Positions 8,853 to 19,521 of a stretch of 64,000 nucleotides of DNA are shown here, one piece after another. Source of the stretch: Deferrisomatales bacterium (GTDB taxonomy: Bacteria; Desulfobacterota; Deferrisomatia; Deferrisomatales; JACRMM01); NCBI GenBank assembly GCA_033551855.1, contig JAWSUI010000003.1:1-64000 (forward strand), in the 5' to 3' direction. Position 1 is the first letter of the stretch. Each line of letters begins with the position of its first letter. A program made the position numbers and the translations under genes. A model generated the notes under the pieces. That model searched no databases and was not told where the DNA came from. It worked only from the letters and a program-made list of their open reading frames with translations.

Positions 8853-9917
8853 CTACACGCGGCAATAGAGCCGGTCTTCCTCGTCGCCTACCGTGGGTTT
8901 CCAGGCCTCGAGATCGAGGGTGGACCGCACGCCTACCTGGGGGAGCTCTTCGGCCAGCCACTGTCCGGCCTTCTCCCGGCCGCGGTCCCGCAGCCCCGTG
9001 AGAAACGTCCACTCGGTGTCGTGCTTGGAGTGGGGGCCGAGCCCTTCCAGCGCCTCCTCGGCCGCGATGCGGTGGAGAAAGGTGCACTCGTAGCGGGGGT
9101 CCTGGAGCACGCCTGCCTTCACCAGGCGCCCGATCTCGGCGAGGGTGCGGACCTCGCGCATCAGGCTGGCGTTGAACGCGATCTGGTTGAACCGCTCGGC
9201 GATGTCCTGCGCGGTCTGGGGCAGCTCGCGGCGAAGCGTCGGGTTCACCTGCACGATGACGATGTCCACGGCGCGACAGTGGCTCACCAAGGGCTCGAGC
9301 ACCGGGTTGCCCATGAGGCCGCCGTCCCAGTAGTGCTCTCCGTCGATCGTCACGGCCTGAAAGAGCGTCGGGATGCAGGCCGAGGCCAGGAGGTGCGCGG
9401 CGGAGAGCTGCTCCCGGGTGAAGATGTGCAGGCGGTTGGTGCGCACGTTGGTGGCGGAGATGTAGAGCTTCACGCACCGGCAGGCGCGCAGGCGCGCGAA
9501 GTCGATGGTCTGCGCCAAGACCTCGCGCAGGGGATTCAGGTCGAAGGGGTTGAGCTGGTAGGGCGAGGCCCACTGGGAGATCCACTCGTACCAGAGGGCG
9601 AGGGGGGACCAACGGGTCCCGAAAGGATGGAACGGGGTGAAGGGGCCGGACCGGTAGGGGCTGAACGCGCCCCGCTCGCTCATGGCCCGCCAGAAGCGCT
9701 CCAGGGCGTCCCGCGCCCCGGCACGGCCCCCCTTCTCCATGCCGTCGGCAAGCACTGCGGCGTTGATGGCCCCGGCACTCGTGCCGCTGATCCCCTCGAT
9801 GACCACCCGATCGTCCTCCAGCAGCCGGTCCAGGACGCCCCAGGTGAACGCGCCGTGGGACCCTCCCCCCTGGAGGGCCAGGTTGATCGGCTTCGGTGTG
9901 GTCGCGGTCTCACCCAC
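8853..9917 (-). CDS. Patatin-like phospholipase
   Basis: QGGGSHG, GTSAG, DGG motifs. Confidence 0.9.
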   Translation of the reverse strand: MGETATTPKPINLALQGGGSHGAFTWGVLDRLLEDDRVVIEGISGTSAGAINAAVLADGMEKGGRAGARDALERFWRAMSERGAFSPYRSGPFTPFHPFGTRWSPLALWYEWISQWASPYQLNPFDLNPLREVLAQTIDFARLRACRCVKLYISATNVRTNRLHIFTREQLSAAHLLASACIPTLFQAVTIDGEHYWDGGLMGNPVLEPLVSHCRAVDIVIVQVNPTLRRELPQTAQDIAERFNQIAFNASLMREVRTLAEIGRLVKAGVLQDPRYECTFLHRIAAEEALEGLGPHSKHDTEWTFLTGLRDRGREKAGQWLAEELPQVGVRSTLDLEAWKPTVGDEEDRLYCRV

Positions 9918-9982
9918 GAATTTCTCCTCTGCCCCGCGAAGGGTGCCTCCCGCCAGCCTCGGCTGCCGCCGGTTCGCGCCCT

Positions 9983-11551
9983 TCAGGGGTTGCGCCACGC
10001 CCGTTCGTCCTCGGCCAGGAGCGCATCCGCCGCCACCGGGCCCCACGACCCGGCGGCGTAGGGGTGCACGCCGCAACCGGTGCCGCAGCGCTCGCCCTCA
10101 CCGGAGGTGTGGAGCACGGGGTCCAGGATCGACCAGGCCGCCTCCACCCCGTCGCTGCGCACGAAGAGGGTCTGGTCGCCCGCCATGGCATCGAGGAGGA
10201 GTCTCTCGTACGCCTCCGGGGGGTCGCCGCCGAAGATCTGGCGGTAGTCCAGGTGCAGGGTCAGGGAGCCCAGGCAGACCTTGGCCCCGGGCTTCTTGGC
10301 CTCGATGGTGAGGCTGATCCCCTCGGAGGGCTGCACGTTCAGGACCAGCACGTTGGGGGCTAGGTGGTTCGCGCCCAGGGCGCTGAAGATCGAGTGGGGG
10401 ACCGGCTTGAAGGTCACGGCGATCTCGCTCAGCTTCCTCCCCAGACGCTTGCCCGAGCGCAGGTAGAAGGGGACGCCGGACCACCGCCAGTTGTCCAGGG
10501 CGAGCTTCATGGCCACGTAGGTCTCGGTGCGGGAGCCGGGCGCCACCCCGGACTCCTCCCGGTAGCCGGGCACGGCCTTGCTACCCAGGGTGCCCGGGCC
10601 GTACTGCCCCCGCACGATCCAGCGGTCGAGCTCCTCGGGAGCATCGGGAAAGGGCCGCAGCGCCCGCAGGAGCTTGACCTTCTCGTCCCGGTACCGGTCG
10701 GCCTCGAACGCGGCCGGCGGCTCCATGGCCACCAGGGCCAGCATCTGGAGCATGTGGTTCTGGAACATGTCGCGCAGGCAGCCGGCCTGGTCGTAGTACC
10801 CGGCGCGGTGCTCCACCCCCACGGTCTCGGCCGCCGTGATCTGCACGTGGTCCACGTGGTCGCGGTTCCACACCGGCTCGAAGAGCGCATTGGCGAACCG
10901 CAGCATGAGGATGTTCTGGACCGTCTCCTTGCCCAGGTAGTGGTCGATCCGGTAGATCTGGCGCTCGCGGAGCCTGGCACGCAGGCTCTCGCTCAAGGCC
11001 CGCGCGCTGGCCAGGTCCCGCCCGAAAGGCTTCTCCACCACGACCCGCGCCCAGCGGGCGCCGTCTTCGGCTTCCTCGTGGAGCCCCGCTGCGGCCAGTT
11101 GCGCCACGATCGGCTCGTGGAGCGAAGGCGGCACGGCCAGGTAAAAGAGAACACGGCCTCCCGTGCCGAGGGTCTCGGCGAGCTCCGCGAGCCGGCGCCC
11201 GAGGGCCTCGTAGAGCCCGGGATCCCCGTACTCCCCGGGCTGATAGAAGCAGCGCTTCTCGAAGGAGGAGACGGCCTCGGCCGGCGGCGCCGGCCGGCCC
11301 GCGGCAAGGCTACGGCCCACCGCTTCCCGGAAGGCCTCGTCGGTGGTTGGGCTGTCACCGTACGAGAGGCAGCCGAGGACGAAGAAGTCCGCCGGCAGGA
11401 GATCTCGCTGGAAAAGGCGGAAGAGCGAGGGCAGGAGCTTGCGGTGGGCGAGGTCGCCGGACCCGCCGAAGATGACCACGCCGCAGGGCTCGGGCCGGCT
11501 CTCGAGACAGAACTCCTCCCGCACGGCCACTCGGGTCTCCAGGGCGTCCAC
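9983..11551 (-). CDS. zwf: Glucose-6-phosphate 1-dehydrogenase
   Basis: [21 protein letters not shown]. Confidence 0.96.
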   Translation of the reverse strand: MDALETRVAVREEFCLESRPEPCGVVIFGGSGDLAHRKLLPSLFRLFQRDLLPADFFVLGCLSYGDSPTTDEAFREAVGRSLAAGRPAPPAEAVSSFEKRCFYQPGEYGDPGLYEALGRRLAELAETLGTGGRVLFYLAVPPSLHEPIVAQLAAAGLHEEAEDGARWARVVVEKPFGRDLASARALSESLRARLRERQIYRIDHYLGKETVQNILMLRFANALFEPVWNRDHVDHVQITAAETVGVEHRAGYYDQAGCLRDMFQNHMLQMLALVAMEPPAAFEADRYRDEKVKLLRALRPFPDAPEELDRWIVRGQYGPGTLGSKAVPGYREESGVAPGSRTETYVAMKLALDNWRWSGVPFYLRSGKRLGRKLSEIAVTFKPVPHSIFSALGANHLAPNVLVLNVQPSEGISLTIEAKKPGAKVCLGSLTLHLDYRQIFGGDPPEAYERLLLDAMAGDQTLFVRSDGVEAAWSILDPVLHTSGEGERCGTGCGVHPYAAGSWGPVAADALLAEDERAWRNP

Positions 11552-11554
11552 GGG

Positions 11555-12463
11555 TCAGCCCTCCCGCTCGACGGCGTGGCCCCCGAACTGGTTGCGCAGG
11601 GCGGCCAGCAGCTTGTCGCCGAAGGGGGCCGGCTGTCGGGAGCGGAAGCGGTTTTGCAGCGCCAGGGTGATGACCGGCAGGGGCACCCCTAGCTCCACCC
11701 CCTCCTGCACCGTCCAGCGGCCCTCCCCCGAGTCGGCCACCTGGGCGCCGATACCCTCCAGGCCCGGGTTCTCCGCCAGCGCCCGGGCCGCCAGGTCCAG
11801 CAGCCACGAGCGCACCACGCTGCCCTCGCGCCAGAGCTCGGCGATCTGGTGCAGGTCCAGGCCGAACGCCTCCTTGCGCTGCATCAGCTCGAATCCCTCG
11901 GCGTAGGCCTGCATCAGGCCGTACTCTATGCCGTTGTGGACCATTTTGACGAAGTGGCCGGCACCGCTGGGCCCCACGTGGCCCCAGCCCCGGTCCGGGG
12001 CCGGGGCCAGGGTCTCCAGGGCCGGCCGCAGCAGGGCCACAGCCTCGGGAGCGCCCCCCACCATGAGGCTGTAGCCCTCGGTGAGCCCCCAGACCCCGCC
12101 GCTCGTGCCGGCGTCCACGAAGCGGAGCCCCTTTTCTGCGAACTCGGCGGCGCGCCGCTGGGAGTCCTTGTAGTTGCTGTTGCCGCCGTCCACCACCACG
12201 TCCCCCGGGGAGAGGCGGCCCGCCAGGCCCGCGATGGTCTGCTCCGTGGGGTCGCCCGCCGGCACCATCACCCAGATCACCCGGGGCGCCGCGAGCTTGC
12301 CGGCCAGGTCGCCGAGGCTCGCGGCGCCTTCCGCGCCCTGTTCTTCGGCGGACCCCACGGCGTCCGCGCTGAGGTCGTAGGCCACCACCCGGTGGCCCCC
12401 GCCCAGGAGGCGCGTCACCATGTTGAGCCCCATGCGTCCCAACCCGATCATCCCGATGTCCAT
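11555..12463 (-). CDS. gnd: Decarboxylating 6-phosphogluconate dehydrogenase (short type)
   Basis: IGLGRMG, DGGNS, KMVHNGIEY, RNQFGGH. Confidence 0.94.
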   Translation of the reverse strand: MDIGMIGLGRMGLNMVTRLLGGGHRVVAYDLSADAVGSAEEQGAEGAASLGDLAGKLAAPRVIWVMVPAGDPTEQTIAGLAGRLSPGDVVVDGGNSNYKDSQRRAAEFAEKGLRFVDAGTSGGVWGLTEGYSLMVGGAPEAVALLRPALETLAPAPDRGWGHVGPSGAGHFVKMVHNGIEYGLMQAYAEGFELMQRKEAFGLDLHQIAELWREGSVVRSWLLDLAARALAENPGLEGIGAQVADSGEGRWTVQEGVELGVPLPVITLALQNRFRSRQPAPFGDKLLAALRNQFGGHAVEREG

Positions 12464-12480
12464 GGCATGTCCCTTCGTCT

Positions 12481-14667
12481 CTAGCGGTTGAGGTTCCAGT
12501 CGTAGTCCAGGTACTCGATCTTCAGAGAGCCTGCGTTTTCCCTGAGAAACCGCCGCCCCGTCTCGTCCGCCAGGTAGTCGTGCAGGAAGTCCAGGATCCC
12601 GACCCGGCCTCCGAAGTCCTCCGCGTACCACCGGAAGATCTCCGAGAGCAGGAGCCGCCTCTCTTCCGGCACCGCGAGCACCTCCGAGGAGTTGACGAAG
12701 CTTCGGGCCGCGGCCTCGAGCTGCTCGCCGATCCGCCCGCCGTCGTAAGAAGCGATGGGCGCGCAGGAGCGCGACCCGCAGACCAGGGCGAAGTGGATCC
12801 TGGGGTCCACGGGGGAGACCGCGAAGGCCTTCCTGGGGTCCCGGGCCCCGAACGGCCGAAGTGGCCGGAACGGGGGCCGGGCGTTGGCCCGCAGGATGCC
12901 GTGCTCCATGTCGTCGGGGGTGAAGCGGTGCTCGCCGATGCGGTAGCCCACCCGGCGAAAGAGCTCCGGGACCTCCTTCACCGACTGCTTCACGCCCAGG
13001 AGCACGACGGCGTCGACGACGATCGTGTTGTAGAGGTTGACCCAGAAGGCCAGCTTCTCCCTGCGCCCCACGAGCAGCCGCAGGTCGAAGGAGCGCAGGC
13101 CGTTGGTCAGGACCCGGTAGCGCCGGTACTCCCCCGAGTCGCGCAGGCGGTCGTAGTCCACCCGCCCCCGCGCCGTGTCGTAGAAGGCCTCGCGCAGGGC
13201 GCGCACGCACCGCATGAGCTCCCCGGCGAGCTCCCCCGGGGGGACGTCGGGCAGCTCGGCCCCGTCGTTGAGCTCCCGCACGGGGCTCGCGAGGGCCTGG
13301 AGGCGTTTGCCCAGGCCGGGGCCCGCGTCCTCCCCCGAGTAGGACGCCTCCACCAGGTCGATGAAGAGGGCCGCGGTCCAACTGAAGTCGCGGGATCCGT
13401 AGCCCCGGCCGTCGAAGGAGTCGAAGTACTCGTAGAAGCCGAAGCGGATGGGGAGCTGGAGGAGGTCCTTCTGGAGGGAGTCGGCCTTGAGGGTGTAGCC
13501 GTAGCGCCGCAGGCCCTGGGCGAGCATCCAGTTGATGTTGATCCACACCGGGCCCCGCCAGTAGTTGTCCCGGGCGAAGCCCTCGCTCCGGGTGTCGTAG
13601 TTGGGCACGGTAAAGCAGTTGCCCTGGTGGAGCGCGCAGAACGAGGCCGAGTCGAGCCGCTCGTAGAGGGCCTGGGCCTGCTCCCGGGAGGCAGCTCCTG
13701 CATAGAGCGGCAGGAAACCGGCCGCAGTGTCCACCTCGATGGGCGCGGCCGCCGCCAGGTCCCAGGCGTCGAAGATGCGGTGCTCCGGGTGCCAGAGCTT
13801 GGTGCGGATGGCCTCCTTGGACTTGGCCGCCCACTCCTCCATCTGATCCGCCGGCTCGCCCAGGAGGCGGGCGATCTCGGCCAGGGCCTCGTCCGCCCGG
13901 GCCAGCACGCTGTTGAAGAGGGGGTCCTGCACGAGAAAGGGGCACGCGGCCCGGATGGCCGCCTCGTCGTAGGCGAGGCGGCGGAAGAGATCCACCAGGA
14001 ACACGTACCGGTCGTAGTCGTCGTCGCTGGGGCGCATGCTCGGGTCGACCCCGTGGGAGAGATCCCGGCGCTCGTAGGGCGGCAGGTCTTTCGCGTCGAT
14101 CCGCATGCGTCGCAGGGGCCCGTCCCAGGTGGGGGAGTTGTCGACGCCCGACTCCCAGGGGTGGCGGATGTAGACCAGTCCCTCCCCTTCGGGGTCGCGC
14201 TCCCGGTACAGGTACTCGTGGAGCGCGAGAAGCTTTGGGTAGATCCGCTCCAGAAACGGGAGCACCACCCGGCGCCGCGCGCGGCGTCCTGCGTTGCGGT
14301 GGATCGCTTCTGCGGCGATGGCGTTCACCGGGGGCATGGTGATCCCCGAGGTGAGAAACCCCCGGGGGGCGTGGGGGGAGCGCTCGGCCTGCCAGAAGTC
14401 CGGCTCGGGGAAGTAGTGGCCCAGGGCCCCGGGGTCGAAGACGATCTGGGGCACCATGCCGTTCGTCCACTGGGCGGCAAACAGGCTGTCGATCTCCCGG
14501 ATCGCTTTCGCGGTGTCATCGTGGGATCTGCCAATGGCGATGAACCCCGAGTCCCAGTTCCACTGGTGGGGGTACAGGCCGGGGGCCGGCTTGGTGGACC
14601 GGCCCGTCCAGTTGGCATCGAGGACGGCCTGGGCCTTCTGCACGGCGTCGGCGAACAGGCGGGACAT
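12481..14667 (-). CDS. GH63 (glucosylglycerate/mannosylglycerate hydrolase-like) fused to C-terminal DUF547
   Basis: YPHQWNWDSGF, HPWESGVDNSP, YWRGPVW, FSWTAA; then KLAFWVNLYN...RIHFALVCGSRSC...YDWNLN. Confidence 0.88.
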   Translation of the reverse strand: MSRLFADAVQKAQAVLDANWTGRSTKPAPGLYPHQWNWDSGFIAIGRSHDDTAKAIREIDSLFAAQWTNGMVPQIVFDPGALGHYFPEPDFWQAERSPHAPRGFLTSGITMPPVNAIAAEAIHRNAGRRARRRVVLPFLERIYPKLLALHEYLYRERDPEGEGLVYIRHPWESGVDNSPTWDGPLRRMRIDAKDLPPYERRDLSHGVDPSMRPSDDDYDRYVFLVDLFRRLAYDEAAIRAACPFLVQDPLFNSVLARADEALAEIARLLGEPADQMEEWAAKSKEAIRTKLWHPEHRIFDAWDLAAAAPIEVDTAAGFLPLYAGAASREQAQALYERLDSASFCALHQGNCFTVPNYDTRSEGFARDNYWRGPVWININWMLAQGLRRYGYTLKADSLQKDLLQLPIRFGFYEYFDSFDGRGYGSRDFSWTAALFIDLVEASYSGEDAGPGLGKRLQALASPVRELNDGAELPDVPPGELAGELMRCVRALREAFYDTARGRVDYDRLRDSGEYRRYRVLTNGLRSFDLRLLVGRREKLAFWVNLYNTIVVDAVVLLGVKQSVKEVPELFRRVGYRIGEHRFTPDDMEHGILRANARPPFRPLRPFGARDPRKAFAVSPVDPRIHFALVCGSRSCAPIASYDGGRIGEQLEAAARSFVNSSEVLAVPEERRLLLSEIFRWYAEDFGGRVGILDFLHDYLADETGRRFLRENAGSLKIEYLDYDWNLNR

Positions 14668-14929
14668 GCGGATCACCTTGCTCCTTCTCGCCCCGTGGCG
14701 ACGGGTACGGCTCCCCACCCGCGGCAACTGGGTACACGTACTGTTCCGTAAAGAAACCGCTACTCTCCAACCCGCCGGGGGCACCGTTCGGGGGGTGCCC
14801 GAAGAAAACCGGCGGGCGAAGCCCCTTCCCTGGGGGCCGCCCGCCCCACGACCTCATACCAGGACACCACCGAAGGTGATGGGCACCTCACTCTCGCGCG
14901 AATACCCGCTCGAGCCGCTGCTGCCCTTC

Positions 14930-15127
14930 TCAGCCCCACGCGATGGGCATCGGCCCGTCAGGCGGGCTTACTCCCTTGCGCGCCTGCGACCCTCTGCCGG
15001 CCGCGCTGCACTCGCAGAGCGCGGCCACGTCTCGCTCGAAAGCCTTCTCATCTCCGCGACGCAGGTCGTCACATACCGATTCCGCCAATTCAGCCGCCTT
15101 CCCGGCTCCACACGTGTCGGTCCGCAT
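14930..15127 (-). CDS. Small hypothetical protein
   Basis: GGAGG RBS before ATG 15127; co-oriented; no recognisable motif. Confidence 0.4.
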   Translation of the reverse strand: MRTDTCGAGKAAELAESVCDDLRRGDEKAFERDVAALCECSAAGRGSQARKGVSPPDGPMPIAWG

Positions 15128-15233
15128 GATCTGCCTCCCTTTCTCCCCCGCTGCTCCCCAACATAACCATTCTTCCCCAGAACCGTCGCGGGCGGCAGTC
15201 ATGTCCTTTGGGCCTCTCCGGGCCGGGTCTGGT

Positions 15234-15977
15234 TCAAGGACTGCGGGTAGTCCTACCTGCCAGACCCTCGCCAGGCCCGGGAGCGAGTCGCCGCACCCCC
15301 TCCGGCCCGGCCACGAGGACGTCGGTGGCAAGCCCCAGGAAGAGGCCGTGGGCGACGATGCCGGCGCGGGATGCCAGTTTTTCGGCCAGCGGCTCCGGCT
15401 CCGGGATCGGGCCGAAGTGGCAGTCGAGGATCAGGTTGCCCTGGTCGGTCACGAAGAGGGTGCGCTCGTCGGCCTGGCGGGGCACGACCCGGGCCCCTAG
15501 CGACTCCAGGTAACGGACCTGGGAGGCGCAGCCGAAGGCAACCACCTCCACGGGCACCGGCCGGCGGGTGCCCAGGGCCGGCGAGAGCTTGGAGTCGTCG
15601 GCCACGATCGCCACCCGCCGGCTCGCCTGGGCCACGATCTTCTCCCGCAGCAGGGCGCCTCCGCCCCCCTTGATCAGGGCCAGGTCCGGGCCGATCTCGT
15701 CGGCGCCGTCGATGGTCAGGTCCAGCACGGGGCGGGCCTCGAAGGGGGCAAGCGGGATGCCCTGCCGCACGGCCTCGCGCTCCACGAAGAGCGAGCACGG
15801 CACGCCGGACACATCGCGCAGGGTACCGGACTGCAGGCGCTCCGCCAGCAGTTCCAGGGCCAGGATCGCCGTGGTCCCGTGCCCCAGGCCCACCACCATG
15901 CCCGGCTCCACCAGTGCCACTGCCCGTTCTGCCGCCTTGCGCTTGTACCCGTCGCGCTCTGTGCTCCCTGGGCTCAT
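15234..15977 (-). CDS. rpiA: Ribose-5-phosphate isomerase A
   Basis: GLGHGTT, DGADE, IKGGGGALLREKIVA. Confidence 0.95.
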   Translation of the reverse strand: MSPGSTERDGYKRKAAERAVALVEPGMVVGLGHGTTAILALELLAERLQSGTLRDVSGVPCSLFVEREAVRQGIPLAPFEARPVLDLTIDGADEIGPDLALIKGGGGALLREKIVAQASRRVAIVADDSKLSPALGTRRPVPVEVVAFGCASQVRYLESLGARVVPRQADERTLFVTDQGNLILDCHFGPIPEPEPLAEKLASRAGIVAHGLFLGLATDVLVAGPEGVRRLAPGPGEGLAGRTTRSP

Positions 15978-16720
15978 CGGTCCCTCTCGGCTTCTACGAG
16001 CCGCCGTGCCACGACGGCCGGCAGGGTCTTGGGGTCGTCCACGATCCAGGCGGGCTCCAGGAGCCCGGAGGCCCGTACGGCCCGCCGGGTGAAAGGCGTC
16101 GTCACCGCCACGCAGGCCATGCCGGCAGCCAGGGCGGACCCAATGCCGCTGGGAGAGTCCTCGATCACCAGGCACTCTCCCGGCGCCACGGCCAGTTCTT
16201 TGGCCAGCAGCAGGTAGATGGCGGGGTCGGGCTTGCCGTGCTCCACGTCGTCGGCCGTGGCGACGAAGTCGAAGAGCCCCATCAGGCCCAGGGCAGCCAG
16301 GACCCGGCGGGCCTGGGCACAGCCCGACATGGTGGCGAGGCCGACCTTCTCGCACATCTTGCGGGCGTCGCGCAGCAGCGCCAGGGTGTGGGGCCAGACG
16401 CTGGAGCGGATCGCCTCCGGATCGGCGAGCATCCGGTCATAGATCGGCAGGCGCAGCTGTATGAGCGCCTGCCAGGGGGTCATCACGCCGAGCTCCGCCA
16501 TGCGGCCCCGGGCGGCGGCCTCCAGCCCGAACCGCGCCAGAAGCGCGGCGGCCACGTCGCGCCGGGAGAGCCCCACGACGTCCTTGTAGGCCTCCACGAC
16601 GGCCTCCTCCCCGGGCCCTTCCGGGGCGAGGTCCCGGACCGCCCGGGCGTAGGACAGCGCCTTGAGGCGCTCGGTCTGGACCAGGGTGCCGTCCAAGTCG
16701 AAGAGCATGGCCCGGATCAC
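15974..16720 (-). CDS. HAD-family phosphatase (beta-phosphoglucomutase-like)
   Basis: FDLDGTL, GKPDP, IEDSP. Confidence 0.88.
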   Translation of the reverse strand: MIRAMLFDLDGTLVQTERLKALSYARAVRDLAPEGPGEEAVVEAYKDVVGLSRRDVAAALLARFGLEAAARGRMAELGVMTPWQALIQLRLPIYDRMLADPEAIRSSVWPHTLALLRDARKMCEKVGLATMSGCAQARRVLAALGLMGLFDFVATADDVEHGKPDPAIYLLLAKELAVAPGECLVIEDSPSGIGSALAAGMACVAVTTPFTRRAVRASGLLEPAWIVDDPKTLPAVVARRLVEAERDR

Positions 16721-19521
16721 GAAAGGGCCTCCTTCAGGCGGCGCAGTCCCGCGCCCGCGCTCTCCCCGAGATGGATGCGCAGCACCGGCCGGCCCCGATC
16801 GGCCAGCGCCCGGGCGTCACCGAGCGCTTGAGCCCGCTTGAGGACCCCGAAAGTCAGCGCGTGGATGGCTCCGCCGGGCGCGTCCGGGATGACCGCGTCC
16901 TGACGGTCGTCAGCGGTGAGCTGCACGAAGAGGCCCTCCGGGGGGCCGCCTTTGTGGAGCTGCCCGGTGGAGTGGAGGAACCGGGGGCCGTACCCCAGGG
17001 TCGTGGCCAGGCGCGTCCGGTCGCGGATCGCCGCCTGGAGGGCCCGCAGGGGCCCGTCGTGGCCCGGGCAGGGCTGGAGGTAGGCGTGGAGCGCCACGTA
17101 GGCGCCGGGGCCGCCCTGGCCCAGGAAGGACCGCAGGGCCTCGCCCGCCGAGGAGCCCCGTACGTCCCCGAAGACGGTCAGCTCCCGGTCCCGCAGGGCC
17201 GGCTCCGGCTCGGGCAGGGAGCCTTCCCGCTGGTAGGCGGTGGCCATCTCGCGGGCGAGCACCTTGGCCGCCTCCACGTCGGGCTGGTCGAAGGGATGGA
17301 CCCCGAGCCGCCACGCCGCCACCGCGGTGGCGAACTCCCAGCGAAAGAACTGCCCGCCCAGGTCGTAGAGGTCGTCGAGGTCCAGGCGCACCACCGGGTG
17401 GCCGGCGGCCTCCAGGGCCCCCACGGCGCCGTCCAGGGCCGCATCGCCCGCGAGGCCCAGATGGACGAAGAGCCGGTCGCCGCCGTAGACCTCGGGGGGT
17501 CCCACCGGCTCGCCCACCACGGGGACGAGGCCGCGCCCGTCCTTGCCCGTGCTCTCGGCCAGGAGCTGCTCGGCCCAGTCCCCAAAGGGCGCCGCGGGCC
17601 CGGAGGCCACCAGGGTGACCTTGTCCCGGCCGGCCCGGGCCGCCTCCGCGAGGATCGCCCCCAGGCGGGCTCCCGGGTTGCCCGCCGCCTTCCCGCACCG
17701 GCGTGCCTCCTGGCGGGCCCGCTCCAGGAGCCGGCGCAGGTCCGCCCCGGCCAGGGCCGCGGGCACGAGCCCGAAGTGGGTCAGCGCCGCGTAGCGCCCG
17801 CCCACGTTCGGGTCGGCGAGGAAGACCTCTCGGAACCGGTGCTCCCGGGCCAGCTCGGCGAGCCGGCTGCCCGGGTCGGTGACGGCGGCGAAGTGCCTCC
17901 CCGCCGCCTGGGCCCCCAGGGCCTCCACGGCCCGGCCGTGGAAGAACCGGAAGAGGGACAAGGGCTCCACGGTGGTGCCCGACTTGGTGGCCACGAGGTA
18001 GAGAGTCTTGGCTGGCGGGTGCGTCCCGGCCGCGGCGAGGACCGCCCCCGGGTCCGTGGTGTCGAGGATCCCCACGCTCACGCCCGCCCGGTCCCCGGGT
18101 TCGGCTCCGGGCGCCCCACCCCCGAAGACCTTCCCGAAGACCTCGGGGGCCAGGCTCGAGCCCCCCATGCCGAGCACCAGGGCGCGGGTGATCCCCTCGG
18201 AGCGCACCTCGTCGGCAAAGGCCTCGAGCCGGTCCACCTCGCCCTCCATGGCCTCGGGCAGCCCGAGCCAACCCAGGCGATCGGCGATCTCGTCGGGCTC
18301 GGGATGCCACAGGGTGTGGTCGCGGGCCCAGAGACGGGGCACCACCCGGTCGCGCTCCGCCTCCGTCTCGGCGGCCGCCACCCGATCCGCTAGGGCGCCC
18401 AGTGCAGCAGAGAAGGGGGCGAAGGCGGCCAGGAACCGCTCCCGCCGCTCGGCCACCGACCCCAGGAGCGAGGCGTAGGACCGGGCAAAGGCGTCCAGGC
18501 CCTCCTCCAGCAGGGTGCGGGTGATCGCGTCCAAGTCGACTCCGGCCGTGGCCAGGTCGGCGCGCCGCTCCCGGGCGCCCTCCAGGTCGTCCCCCACCGT
18601 CGCCCGGGCGGTGCCGTGATCGAGAAAGGCCGCGAGGGTGGCCGGCGGCACGGTGTTCACCGTGTCGGGGCCGATCAGGGCGTCCACGTAGAGGGTGTCG
18701 CGGTAGGCGGGGTTCTTGGTGCCGGTGCTCGCCCAGAGGGGCCGCTGCACCCGGGCTCCAACCCGCGCCAGGCGCTCCCAACGCTCGCCCCGGAAGAGCT
18801 CCCGAAACCGGGCGTAGGCGAGCCGCGCGTTGTCCACCGCGATCCGGCCCCGCAGTGCCCGGTCCCCGGCCTCGGAGCCGCCGAGAAGGGCCTCCACCGC
18901 GGTGTCGACCCGGCTCACGAAAAAGGAGGCGACCGAGGCCACCCGCCCCAGGTCCCCGCCGCCCGCGGCGAGGGCCTCCAGCCCCGCCAGGTACGCCTCG
19001 GCCACGCCCTCGTACTGGGCAAGGGAGAAGATCAAAGTGACGTTGATGCTGATCCCTTCGCCGATCAGGGTCTGGACCGCCGCGACGCCGGCCGGCGTGG
19101 CCGGCACCTTGATCATCACGTTGGGCCGCCCGAGGAACGCGAAGAGGCGGCGGGCGGCGGCCACGGTCCCCGCCGTGTCGTGGGCCAGCGCCGGGCTCAC
19201 CTCCAGGCTTGCGAAGCCGTCGGCTCCCTGGGTCTCCCGGTACACGGGGAGGAGAAGGTCGGCGGCCCGGCGGATGTCGTCCACGGCCAAAGCCTCGTAG
19301 ATCTCCTCGGGGTCCTTGCCTTGCTCGGCCAGGGCCTGGAGCTCCGGGTCGTACTCGTCGCTGCCGCGAATGGCCTGGTCGAAGATCGTCGGGTTCGAGG
19401 TGACTCCCCGGACGCCGTCGGCGACCAGCCGCTCGAGCTCGCCCGAGGCGAGGAACGAGCGGCGGATGGTGTCGATCCAGATGGACTGGCCGAGCCCGGC
19501 CACGTCGTGCAGGCGGGTCAT
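16717..19521 (-). CDS. tal: Bifunctional transaldolase / glucose-6-phosphate isomerase
   Basis: GVTSNPTIF, KVPAT, LWASTGTK; then GMGGSSL, KSGTT, STGQLHKGG. Confidence 0.94.
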   Translation of the reverse strand: MTRLHDVAGLGQSIWIDTIRRSFLASGELERLVADGVRGVTSNPTIFDQAIRGSDEYDPELQALAEQGKDPEEIYEALAVDDIRRAADLLLPVYRETQGADGFASLEVSPALAHDTAGTVAAARRLFAFLGRPNVMIKVPATPAGVAAVQTLIGEGISINVTLIFSLAQYEGVAEAYLAGLEALAAGGGDLGRVASVASFFVSRVDTAVEALLGGSEAGDRALRGRIAVDNARLAYARFRELFRGERWERLARVGARVQRPLWASTGTKNPAYRDTLYVDALIGPDTVNTVPPATLAAFLDHGTARATVGDDLEGARERRADLATAGVDLDAITRTLLEEGLDAFARSYASLLGSVAERRERFLAAFAPFSAALGALADRVAAAETEAERDRVVPRLWARDHTLWHPEPDEIADRLGWLGLPEAMEGEVDRLEAFADEVRSEGITRALVLGMGGSSLAPEVFGKVFGGGAPGAEPGDRAGVSVGILDTTDPGAVLAAAGTHPPAKTLYLVATKSGTTVEPLSLFRFFHGRAVEALGAQAAGRHFAAVTDPGSRLAELAREHRFREVFLADPNVGGRYAALTHFGLVPAALAGADLRRLLERARQEARRCGKAAGNPGARLGAILAEAARAGRDKVTLVASGPAAPFGDWAEQLLAESTGKDGRGLVPVVGEPVGPPEVYGGDRLFVHLGLAGDAALDGAVGALEAAGHPVVRLDLDDLYDLGGQFFRWEFATAVAAWRLGVHPFDQPDVEAAKVLAREMATAYQREGSLPEPEPALRDRELTVFGDVRGSSAGEALRSFLGQGGPGAYVALHAYLQPCPGHDGPLRALQAAIRDRTRLATTLGYGPRFLHSTGQLHKGGPPEGLFVQLTADDRQDAVIPDAPGGAIHALTFGVLKRAQALGDARALADRGRPVLRIHLGESAGAGLRRLKEALS

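Noticed and set aside
14746..14764. Possible Crp box upstream of the GH63-DUF547 gene
   Set aside because: GTA-N10-TAC spacing does not match the N8 consensus
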